A stretch of 41,622 nucleotides of DNA, from NCBI GenBank assembly GCA_964648395.1, contig CAZYLQ010000003.1:1-41622 (forward strand), in the 5' to 3' direction. Position numbers and translations under genes: made by a program. The notes beneath the pieces are model-generated. The model did not search any database and was not told where the DNA came from. It saw only the letters and a list, made by a program, of their open reading frames with translations. Positions 26,964 through 35,105 of this stretch are shown here, piece by piece. The first letter of the stretch is position 1. Each line of letters begins with the position of its first letter. The stretch comes from an uncultured bacterium. Lineage in GTDB: Bacteria; Fidelibacterota; Marinisomatia; Marinisomatales; UBA1611.

Positions 26964-28453
26964 GTGATACTTTTTACCTGACGACGCCTATTTATTATGT
27001 GAACGACAAACCACACATAGGCACCGCCTACACCACCATTTTAGCCGATGTTTTAACGCGTTATCACCGCAATGGAGGGCAGGAAACATTTTTTTTAACA
27101 GGATTGGATGAACATGGACAAAAGGTGCAACAGGCGGCTGAAGAACGTGGTGTTGAAGCGCAGCAACATTGCGATGAAATGGCTCCACGATTTACAGAGC
27201 TATGGGAGCAACTCCACATTTCCCACGATGATTTTATTCGCACCACTGAAAAGAGACATAAAAAAGTGGTTCGAGATATTCTTCAACAGGTTATGGATAA
27301 AGGAGATATTTATGAAGCGGAATATGAAGGATTATATTCTGTTTCGGAAGAACGATTCATTACAGAAAAAGAAGCAGAGAGTGGAGAATTCCGGGATATC
27401 AAACAATTAAAAGAGAAAAATTATTTTTTCAAAATGAGCAAATACCAGCAAGCGCTTATTGATCACATAGAATCCAATCCACAATTCATTCAACCAGATC
27501 ATCGAAAAAATGAAATACTTGGATTTTTACGTCAACCTCTGAATGACCTTTGTATTTCCCGTCCTAAATCTCGTTTAAACTGGGGAATCGAACTTCCATT
27601 TGATTCAAATTATGTAACCTATGTCTGGTTTGATGCGCTCATTAATTATATTACAGCACCTGGGTATGGTAGCGATGAAGAATCTTTCAATAAGTGGTGG
27701 CCTGCATCTTATCATTTGATTGGTAAAGACATTTTAACTACCCACGCAGTTTATTGGCCCACAATGCTCATGTCTGTGGGAATTGAATTACCGAAGACCA
27801 TTTTTGCACATGGTTGGTGGCTCATGGGTGAATCTAAAATGAGTAAGTCCCTCGGAAACGTAATCAATCCTATGGATCTGATTGATGATTATGGCGTAGA
27901 TCCTGTTCGTTATTATCTCATGCGAGAAATGGTTTTGGGGCAGGATTCCAGTTTTACTATGGAATCATTTATCCAGCGTTACAACAGTGATCTAGCCAAT
28001 GATTTTGGGAATCTCTTAAGCCGTGTATCCACTCTTATGAAAAAGAATTATAACGGAAAAATTCCGGAGCCGGGCGATTTCACTGAGGCAGAAGCAGTAA
28101 TCAAATCGAATGGCGAATCATTAGGTAAAGTTGTAAAAGAAAAAATAGAAGGTATGCGACTGAATGAAGCCATTGAAGAGATTATGCAATATATCCGTAG
28201 TGTGAATAAATACATGGAAAACAATGCGCCTTGGAAATTGGTCAAGGATGATAAAGATGCAGCGGGACGCGTCCTGTATACTGCAGGAGAAGCACTTCGA
28301 ATAGGAACTGTATTATTATCTCCAGTCATGCCAAATAGAACTGCTATTTTATTAGATGTCCTAAATGCGAAAGGTACCAATTTGAATTGGGGTGGTTTAA
28401 CACCTGGGAATGAATTGCAAAACCACGAACCACTATTTCCCCGAATGAATTAA
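26960..28453 (+). CDS. metG: Methionine--tRNA ligase (short form, no C-terminal tRNA-binding appendix)
   Basis: The HIGH-type motif PHIGTAYT and the KMSKS motif (KMSKSLGN) are present, along with the anticodon-binding helical region. A 4-nt overlap joins it to holB. Confidence 0.95.
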   Translation: MSDTFYLTTPIYYVNDKPHIGTAYTTILADVLTRYHRNGGQETFFLTGLDEHGQKVQQAAEERGVEAQQHCDEMAPRFTELWEQLHISHDDFIRTTEKRHKKVVRDILQQVMDKGDIYEAEYEGLYSVSEERFITEKEAESGEFRDIKQLKEKNYFFKMSKYQQALIDHIESNPQFIQPDHRKNEILGFLRQPLNDLCISRPKSRLNWGIELPFDSNYVTYVWFDALINYITAPGYGSDEESFNKWWPASYHLIGKDILTTHAVYWPTMLMSVGIELPKTIFAHGWWLMGESKMSKSLGNVINPMDLIDDYGVDPVRYYLMREMVLGQDSSFTMESFIQRYNSDLANDFGNLLSRVSTLMKKNYNGKIPEPGDFTEAEAVIKSNGESLGKVVKEKIEGMRLNEAIEEIMQYIRSVNKYMENNAPWKLVKDDKDAAGRVLYTAGEALRIGTVLLSPVMPNRTAILLDVLNAKGTNLNWGGLTPGNELQNHEPLFPRMN

Positions 28454-28458
28454 TCCAA

Positions 28459-28989
28459 ATGAATTCCCGTTCTAGTCTCCAACTCACCTTTTTATCTGTA
28501 TTCATTTTATTCATTTTTCCTCTTTCGGGCGCTTCGAATACCTTTGAAGATGATATAAAAAAGCTTTCAATATTTCAAGCAGCCTTTGATCAAATGTACG
28601 TTGAGATGGGTGAAATCAAGACAAGTGCAACCCGTCATGAAACAGGCCATTTTTCAAATGTTGAAAGTGACAAGATTGAAAATTTACTCTTTCGGTATTT
28701 AGTGTTGCGGCGGTCTATTTGGGACATCATTAACAAATACCGGGATTATAATACCTACTCGGATTATCACAATGAAAAGATGAAAGCTCTCCTGGTAGGA
28801 TATGCATCCGCTCTCACACTTTATAAATATAGTGGAATTCTCATTACGAAAAATATGGGTGATGACCAAGTTATAGATAAATTGAATGAAGCCTATTTCC
28901 GGAGCAATATTTCACAAGGGTCGTTCCGGGAAGTGTATCACAGTTTAACTAATCTTGAAAACCTGGACGAACTGGATATCGCCCGTTAA
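28459..28989 (+). CDS. Hypothetical secreted helical protein (possibly the N-terminal part of the following ORF)
   Basis: It has a signal peptide (LQLTFLSVFILFIFPLSGAS). It ends at the TAA at 28987-28989, and the next ORF (29005) is in the same reading frame 15 nt later. Confidence 0.5.
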   Translation: MNSRSSLQLTFLSVFILFIFPLSGASNTFEDDIKKLSIFQAAFDQMYVEMGEIKTSATRHETGHFSNVESDKIENLLFRYLVLRRSIWDIINKYRDYNTYSDYHNEKMKALLVGYASALTLYKYSGILITKNMGDDQVIDKLNEAYFRSNISQGSFREVYHSLTNLENLDELDIAR

Positions 28990-29004
28990 TTAATTACCAC
29001 AGAA

Positions 29005-29934
29005 ATGGATGAACCGGGAACACCCCTGAATCTTTTAAAAATGCACCCAACTTACGGACCATTAATTACAAATCTCGAACCGCTACATAACACCCATGTC
29101 AAGCTACGTGAAGAAATTCTGAACCATTTTGTATTAATTACACCAGGGATTACCAATCGCTTGCGGCATAGCACCATCAAAAAGAAAGTGGAAAAATTGA
29201 TCGGCAAAGCCGGTGGAAGATTCGAAGCTTTAAAAGCTATTGTATTTACGCATGTTGGACATATTAAAGCTCCGGGAATAGAACCTTTGATTTTTAGTGA
29301 AGATGATAAAAACCAACTCCTGACCTTATTGCAGCCAGGAGATATCATTCTCACGTATTCAGAAGGATTCATGAGCAATATTTTCCTGCCGGGAATCTTC
29401 AAACATGGTATTGTTTACACGGGTAGAAGAGAAAATTGGAAAAAATCTGATTGGAACAATATTCACATTACAGACCACCAAAAATCATTGATTCAGGTAA
29501 ACGATAATATTATTGAAGCTATCGCCGAAGGAGTTGTATCTGGATCTTTGGAAGAAATATTAGATACTAAGATTAATCGTCTTGCGGTCTTTCGCCCGAA
29601 CCTTTCAAATCAGAAAATTATGGGTGTCATGCGAACTATCCATTCCTATTTAGGGAATCAATACGATTTTTCTTTCGATTTCAATGATGCGGAATCTCAG
29701 GTCTGCACCGAAGTGATTTATCGCGGGTATAACGAAATAGGGAATATCCAATTTAGACTATCCAAAAGGGCTGGTACCTTGAATTTGAGCGCAGAGGATG
29801 TATGCCGGTATGCGATTAATTCTGGAAATATGGAATTGGTAACGCTGATTGTTGAAGATGAATACCGGAAGGGGAAAACAAGATTTGTTTCACCTGAAAA
29901 TGGAGTGGAATTTATTTTAGCATTAATGAATTAA
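29005..29934 (+). CDS. Permuted papain-like amidase (YaeF/YiiX, NlpC/P60-superfamily) domain protein
   Basis: The order of motifs is typical of the circularly permuted family: LLQPGDIILTY, then the His context FKHGIVYTG, then the Cys context ESQVCTEVIYRGY near the C-terminus. It has no signal peptide or SD of its own. Confidence 0.6.
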   Translation: MDEPGTPLNLLKMHPTYGPLITNLEPLHNTHVKLREEILNHFVLITPGITNRLRHSTIKKKVEKLIGKAGGRFEALKAIVFTHVGHIKAPGIEPLIFSEDDKNQLLTLLQPGDIILTYSEGFMSNIFLPGIFKHGIVYTGRRENWKKSDWNNIHITDHQKSLIQVNDNIIEAIAEGVVSGSLEEILDTKINRLAVFRPNLSNQKIMGVMRTIHSYLGNQYDFSFDFNDAESQVCTEVIYRGYNEIGNIQFRLSKRAGTLNLSAEDVCRYAINSGNMELVTLIVEDEYRKGKTRFVSPENGVEFILALMN

Positions 29935-29962
29935 TATCATTATCCTTAACCAAATAAAATAT

Positions 29963-31219
29963 TTATCCTTTTAATACCTGATTGAGTCTCACTTCTGTTT
30001 TTAAAAAGTAAAATGTTCCCATTGTTGAAATAATACTATAAGCCAAAAATATTTTTAGACTCATATTCAAATCTATAATGCTAATATTTTGATAGAATAT
30101 AATAAAGTAAAGAATAGAAACTTTAATTCCGTCTGCAAATAAAGAATATTTTTTACCATCCATTAATGATGTATAAGAAAAAATATTTATCATTAAAAAT
30201 ATAGCAATTAATCCTGTAATAAAGATCCCATGTTCAGAAGCTTCATAAAACATGATAAACATAAAAATCAATGAAAGAGTCATTTGTATGTAACTCCAGA
30301 TTATAAGCGCTAGAGAATTTTCAGTTTTGTATTTTTTTTGTTCAAATGGATTCTCAATTGTATTAACCGGAAACTTTACCGCCACATCTTCAGGTCGCCA
30401 TCCTGTTGGCATAAACCAGATTCGTATTTTATCCCACCATCTTCCAGCATGGAACGCATCTTGAATCAACTGCCAAAGATGTTTATAATTAATGATTATT
30501 GGGTTCCATGTATTGGCAGGCCGTAGTATGCCATAAACCGGTTTTACATTAGCTAGTTCTGGTTGGAATGTGCCAAAAAGTTTATCCCAAATAATGAGGA
30601 TCTGGCTGTAATTCTTATCCAAATATTCCGGATTTATGCCATGATGAACACGATGGTGGGATGGCGTAACAATAACCTTTTCCAGCCAGCCCATTTTATC
30701 TATGATACGCGTGTGATACCAGAATTGCATAAAAAGGTGGATAGGCCCGAGAACGGCAAAAATAGATGCGGGAACACCCAGGAGCGCAGCGGGAATCATG
30801 AGGATAGCACCAAATCTTACAGTGTCAGAAATGGATTGTCGAAGTGCACAGGAGAGGTTGAACTCTTCACTGCTATGGTGAATAATGTGGCGATTCCAAA
30901 AAATATTCACACGGTGATTTAAGCGATGGAGCCAATAACCCGTAAAATCCTGGACGATAAAAGCAACAAATACCGCAGCCCAAACTGGTTCCAACTTATA
31001 AAGGGTTAAATGATTAACCAGCCACGAATAACTGATAATCACCAGACCATACTTGAGTCCATCCCGAACTGTATTCGTAATCCCGGAGCTTAAACTGGAT
31101 ATCATGTCCGCGGGATTATTTACATGAATCCCCATCCTTTTTGCTACCACTATTTCAATGCCTATCAAAACCAAAAAGATCGGTATGGCAACCATGAGCG
31201 ATGAAATATAAAAACTCAT
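29963..31219 (-). CDS. Fatty acid hydroxylase / sterol desaturase family membrane di-iron enzyme with an extra C-terminal 4-TM extension
   Basis: The His boxes are HRLNH, HIIHH and HHRVHH, and the N-terminal TM helices are present. The last ~140 aa form additional hydrophobic helices that I do not remember as part of the core domain. Confidence 0.8.
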   Translation of the reverse strand: MSFYISSLMVAIPIFLVLIGIEIVVAKRMGIHVNNPADMISSLSSGITNTVRDGLKYGLVIISYSWLVNHLTLYKLEPVWAAVFVAFIVQDFTGYWLHRLNHRVNIFWNRHIIHHSSEEFNLSCALRQSISDTVRFGAILMIPAALLGVPASIFAVLGPIHLFMQFWYHTRIIDKMGWLEKVIVTPSHHRVHHGINPEYLDKNYSQILIIWDKLFGTFQPELANVKPVYGILRPANTWNPIIINYKHLWQLIQDAFHAGRWWDKIRIWFMPTGWRPEDVAVKFPVNTIENPFEQKKYKTENSLALIIWSYIQMTLSLIFMFIMFYEASEHGIFITGLIAIFLMINIFSYTSLMDGKKYSLFADGIKVSILYFIIFYQNISIIDLNMSLKIFLAYSIISTMGTFYFLKTEVRLNQVLKG

Positions 31220-31221
31220 AT

Positions 31222-31311
31222 TTATTTTATGGAATGAAACGACACCTGGCTCCCCTCACTATCTAAAAAAACAGCCATAGGCCCATACTCTTTTTTGTTC
31301 ATCTTTTTCAT
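31222..31311 (-). CDS. Candidate small ORF (29 aa) with a strong SD between the PNGase-like and hydroxylase genes
   Basis: The minus strand reads CCC-TAA-AGGAGTTAAT-ATG: the PNGase-like stop, then AGGAG, then a 5-nt spacer, then ATG at 31311. The peptide is MKKMNKKEYGPMAVFLDSEGSQVSFHSIK. Its stop at 31222-31224 lies 2 nt before the hydroxylase ATG at 31219. It is below the ORF-track size cutoff. Confidence 0.25.
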   Translation of the reverse strand: MKKMNKKEYGPMAVFLDSEGSQVSFHSIK

Positions 31312-31321
31312 ATTAACTCCT

Positions 31322-32992
31322 TTAGGGTATCCGTCCTACATGGAAATTATATAATAATTCTTGCCCAAAGTCCGGGTTAAATTGGTGCAATGTATCACCA
31401 TTCAAGGATAAAAATCGGACTTCGCCATTAATCCCAATCTTTTCCGGAGCACTGTTTCGGTTCCACCAATGAACAGAGATACCATCTTCCATAGAATCTT
31501 TTAAAAGGAATTGATAGTCACCGTTATTGACCATCATCGGTATCTTGTACTCAGTTGAATCTGAAAAATTAGCATCAGAATACAAAACTGTTCCATCAAG
31601 ATCAGAAACCGTAAATGAAATTTCTCGAGCACGATCCAAGTTATTTGTTTTGATGTGTAAGGTGAATTCATTCGGGAATATGTTAGGTAAAGGAATCACT
31701 GATGTTAGTTGATTATTCAATGGGTTTTCATCTGTTTCACCGTTAGGATTTGAAACCAAAATTTCAAAAACAGGATTTTTTGACAGTCCATGCCAATTGG
31801 GAATGGGGAGATAAACTTCATCACTTTCAAGGAATGATAAATTCCCTCTCCATTTATAAATAGATTTTTTCCGTTTTTTCAATCCATAATGTATTTTCAG
31901 TGAATAGAGATCAAATTCACCTGTATTTTTTATAAGAATTCTTGGACTACCCAATGCTGGGTTGATCCGGGAATATTGCCCTTTAGAACTTGGCGCGATA
32001 ATATCAAGGATCTCCGCATCATTTTTAAAATTTGGTTTACCATATGAAAATAATTGATGTGTCATGCGGAATTCACCATCTTTTTCACCATTGTCAGAAT
32101 AGGGCTCAATCCCATAATCAATGGAAATGGAATCTCCAACTATTACAAAGGGTGTAAGTTCAAATTCGTATTCATCCACTTTGGTTCCAGGGCACCAACC
32201 GGCACGATCAAATGGCCAGGTTCCACCCTGTGGATAAATTGGATTATTCCCGCAATCTTTCCAAACATTCCATCGGAAAAGTTCATACCCATTCATATAA
32301 TAGGTGTGGGTTTTACTATCCCATTCGCAACAGTTTCTTGGTCCAGAATGTCCGTGACCTGAAATTACCGCTTTCATTTTATACCCTTTGGCTTCAGGTA
32401 AAAGTTGAATTTTTGTTTCCTTTAAAATCTCGTTGTCAGATAGTGCATAATACTTATGATGACCATAGGGGTAGATATTTTCAACTTTCAAGATATTCCG
32501 TGCCGGTGTTCCCCGAATAAAAAGAAATTTCAGATCCAACAATTCCTGATTATTCCCCACAATGACGGAACGTTCTCCCTTCAAAATTGGAGCATAATCT
32601 GTCATATCGTAAGTCCATTCCCAACCATTTTCACCGCCCATAACAAGTCGCTTGCCATAAGGAGTGACAAAACTGCCAATTGAAAAAATTTCTGTTGAAT
32701 CTCCTCTGGGAACATCAACAAATGTATTCCAAATGTAGTCCCATTCTCCACAGGGATATTTATCTCCTTGGGTGGCAGAATCACATTTTAACGTTTGCAC
32801 CATGATGATTTTTGCCCAGGATTCATTTCCTTCAGGAAACTGGATTATCTGTTTATACTGGGCGCCCCAACCTTCCGGACTTGGTGTTTCCCAAGTGATG
32901 GGATGAATCACCAGCGTATCTCCATCCTCTAAGGATATGGCGAATCCTATAGAAAGAAGAAATAAGAGCATAGTCATTTTTTGAAATTTCAT
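31322..32992 (-). CDS. Secreted peptide-N-glycosidase F (PNGase F)-like protein with a ~230-aa C-terminal extension
   Basis: It has a signal peptide (MKFQKMTMLLFLLSIGFA). Several segments align with PNGase F as I remember it. PCGEWDYIWNTFV aligns with TCDEWDRYANVYV. IGSFVTPYG aligns with IGRFITPYW. ISGHGHSGPRNCCEWDSKTHTYYMNG aligns with ISGWGHA...GCAEWCFRTHTIAINN. DCGNNPIYPQGGTWPFDRAGWCPG aligns with GCSANPINNQSPGNWAPDRAGWCPG. Confidence 0.75.
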   Translation of the reverse strand: MKFQKMTMLLFLLSIGFAISLEDGDTLVIHPITWETPSPEGWGAQYKQIIQFPEGNESWAKIIMVQTLKCDSATQGDKYPCGEWDYIWNTFVDVPRGDSTEIFSIGSFVTPYGKRLVMGGENGWEWTYDMTDYAPILKGERSVIVGNNQELLDLKFLFIRGTPARNILKVENIYPYGHHKYYALSDNEILKETKIQLLPEAKGYKMKAVISGHGHSGPRNCCEWDSKTHTYYMNGYELFRWNVWKDCGNNPIYPQGGTWPFDRAGWCPGTKVDEYEFELTPFVIVGDSISIDYGIEPYSDNGEKDGEFRMTHQLFSYGKPNFKNDAEILDIIAPSSKGQYSRINPALGSPRILIKNTGEFDLYSLKIHYGLKKRKKSIYKWRGNLSFLESDEVYLPIPNWHGLSKNPVFEILVSNPNGETDENPLNNQLTSVIPLPNIFPNEFTLHIKTNNLDRAREISFTVSDLDGTVLYSDANFSDSTEYKIPMMVNNGDYQFLLKDSMEDGISVHWWNRNSAPEKIGINGEVRFLSLNGDTLHQFNPDFGQELLYNFHVGRIP

Positions 32993-33054
32993 GATCGTGA
33001 TATTGGTAAAATCAATTTACTTTTGCCCATCATTTTACATGAAGAAATAGATAA

Positions 33055-33816
33055 ATGCTAATCGATACTCATTGCCACCTATTTTACGATGCTCTGAAAA
33101 ATGATCTGCCCGGCGTTCTGGATCGTGCCCATGATTTGGGTGTAAACAGATTCATTTGTGTAGCCACTAATATGGAAGATGCGAGAGAATGTCTCTTAAT
33201 GGGAGAATCCCATGAAAATATTTTTGCATCAGCCGGTGTACATCCTCACGATGCAAAGGATGCTCCGGAGGACTTTGAAGATCAGATTTATAACCTCATG
33301 ACCTTTGATTCCATGGTCGCAGTAGGAGAAATGGGACTGGATTATTTTAGGAATATTTCTGATCCTGAGATCCAAAAAAATGTTTTTCGAGCCCAAATGG
33401 GCATTGCCCAAGATTTGGAAAAACCGGTCATTTTTCACAATCGTGATGCGGATAATGATGTTATAAAAATATTAAAGGAATTCCCTGCTGTTCGTGGTGT
33501 AGCACATTGTTTTTCCAGCAATTTGGAAACTGCTAAATCGTTTATGGAATTGGGTTACTTCATTTCTTTTTCTGGGAATCTCACCTTTAAGAATAGTCAT
33601 TTACCCGAAGTAGCAAAGGACTTACCTTTAGATAGAATTTTGGTTGAAACAGATTCTCCGTATCTGAGTCCAGTTCCCCACCGCGGTAAACCCAACGAAC
33701 CTGGACGAACACGGTTTGTAGCAGAGAAACTGGCAGAGATCCATGATGTGCCGCTGAAAGTTATAGCAGAAAAAACTACAACGAATGCTATGGATCTTTT
33801 TGGGTTACCTAAATAA
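33055..33816 (+). CDS. tatD: TatD family metal-dependent hydrolase (DNase)
   Basis: The motifs are MLIDTHCHL, GEMGLDY, VIFHNRDA, GVAHCF and ETDSPYLSPVPHRGK. Confidence 0.9.
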   Translation: MLIDTHCHLFYDALKNDLPGVLDRAHDLGVNRFICVATNMEDARECLLMGESHENIFASAGVHPHDAKDAPEDFEDQIYNLMTFDSMVAVGEMGLDYFRNISDPEIQKNVFRAQMGIAQDLEKPVIFHNRDADNDVIKILKEFPAVRGVAHCFSSNLETAKSFMELGYFISFSGNLTFKNSHLPEVAKDLPLDRILVETDSPYLSPVPHRGKPNEPGRTRFVAEKLAEIHDVPLKVIAEKTTTNAMDLFGLPK

Positions 33817-33861
33817 AATAATATCCTTAGGGTTTTTTGTAATCTTCACAGCAATACATAA

Positions 33862-34629
33862 ATGAGTAAAAAAATAGACCATCCATTCCGAAAAAGGTGG
33901 GGACAAAATTTTCTAGCTGACAGAAATCTTTTAGACAAAATTGTTCGAACTATTGATCCAAAAAAATCGGACTCTATTCTTGAAATTGGGCCTGGTGATG
34001 GAGCGCTTACCGAATTGATCTATCCTATAGTAAAAGAGATGGTCGCCATTGAGATAGATCCAATGCTCATTGAGCATTTAAAAAATCAAGAATCTTTGAA
34101 AGGGTTAAATATTGTACACGGAGATGTACTTCTCCAGGATATAGAAAATTTGCCTGTCAAAAATTTGGTTCGTGTGATTGGGAATATTCCTTATAATATT
34201 ACATCCCCCATTATTTTTTGGCTCATTGAGCAATTACATTTTTGGGACGATGCATTCATTATGATGCAAAAAGAAGTGGCGGAAAGACTTTCAGCAGTCG
34301 TAGGAACAAAAGCCTATGGTCGATTCACAGTTGTGACTGGAGCCTACTTAAATATGGAGTATTGTTTCACAATTCCACCGGATGTTTTTATTCCAAAACC
34401 TATAGTGGATTCAGCAATTATTCGTTTCACTAAAAAAGAAAATCCTCTTATTTCTGATGAAAAATATATGCGTTTCAATAAACTTGTATCCGCTGCTTTT
34501 TCACAAAGAAGGAAAATGTTACGAAATACACTTAAAGGCTGGGACATTCATCCAGACCTTCAGGAACAAATTAATTTTAGTCGTCGCCCTGAAACATTGA
34601 CTATTGAAGAATTTGTGGCTCTTGTTTAA
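33862..34629 (+). CDS. rsmA: 16S rRNA (adenine1518/1519-N6)-dimethyltransferase
   Basis: The motifs are FRKRWGQNFL, the SAM motif LEIGPGDGALT, and GNIPYNITSPI. Confidence 0.92.
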   Translation: MSKKIDHPFRKRWGQNFLADRNLLDKIVRTIDPKKSDSILEIGPGDGALTELIYPIVKEMVAIEIDPMLIEHLKNQESLKGLNIVHGDVLLQDIENLPVKNLVRVIGNIPYNITSPIIFWLIEQLHFWDDAFIMMQKEVAERLSAVVGTKAYGRFTVVTGAYLNMEYCFTIPPDVFIPKPIVDSAIIRFTKKENPLISDEKYMRFNKLVSAAFSQRRKMLRNTLKGWDIHPDLQEQINFSRRPETLTIEEFVALV

Positions 34630-34716
34630 GTCTTGGATGTGAGAACTCAATCCTGTAAAATCGCCGGCTTTTTATAGCAAAAATAATTTAATTGAATAAC
34701 CACAATACTACACTTT

Positions 34717-34724
34717 GGAGGTGA
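34717..34724 (+). promoter_or_regulatory. Extended Shine-Dalgarno (GGAGGTGA) of rpsU
   Basis: GGAGGTGA is the exact reverse complement of TCACCTCC in the canonical 16S 3' tail. It lies 5 nt upstream of the GTG start at 34730. It is the longest SD I found in the window. Confidence 0.7.
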
Positions 34725-34729
34725 TTTAA

Positions 34730-34975
34730 GTGGTTGAAGTCCAGGTAAAAGAAAAGGAATCATTTGAACGTGCCCTGCGTCGATTTAAAAAGATGTGGGA
34801 ACGAGCAGGTGTTCTTCGAGAGATTCGGACACGTTCCTTTTATGAAAAGCCAAGTGACGCAAAACGGGAAGCAAAAAAGAAAACCGTTCGTCGCGTTAAA
34901 AGGCAAGCCAGGATAGATGCATTGCGGAACGATCCGCGTGCAAGCCGTCAACGACGTCGCAAACGTCGTAGATAG
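34730..34975 (+). CDS. rpsU: 30S ribosomal protein bS21
   Basis: The ORF has a GTG start. [41 protein letters not shown] is the canonical S21 core. A long Arg-rich tail follows (RQRRRKRRR). Confidence 0.92.
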   Translation: MVEVQVKEKESFERALRRFKKMWERAGVLREIRTRSFYEKPSDAKREAKKKTVRRVKRQARIDALRNDPRASRQRRRKRRR

Positions 34976-34998
34976 TTTCCCTGAAGGAAAAATCAAAG

Positions 34999-35032
34999 AA
35001 GCCTCGATTTTTACATCGGGGCTTTTCTTTTT
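34999..35032 (+). terminator. Rho-independent terminator after rpsU
   Basis: AAGCCTCGAT-TTTTAC-ATCGGGGCTT forms a 10-bp stem with one G-U pair, followed by TTCTTTTT. Confidence 0.75.
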
Positions 35033-35105
35033 GGAACCTTTCTTACCTATTCCGAATTTCTAATACTTAATTCATAATGCTAATTCTTAACTCCCAGTCC
35101 ATTTA

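Noticed and set aside
27108-27410. 100-aa plus-strand ORF in an alternative frame within metG, and the minus-strand ORFs at 26988-27246 and 28048-28380.
   Set aside because: All of them lie inside the metG coding region, whose own frame carries the HIGH and KMSKS motifs. Their compositions are typical of off-frame translation.
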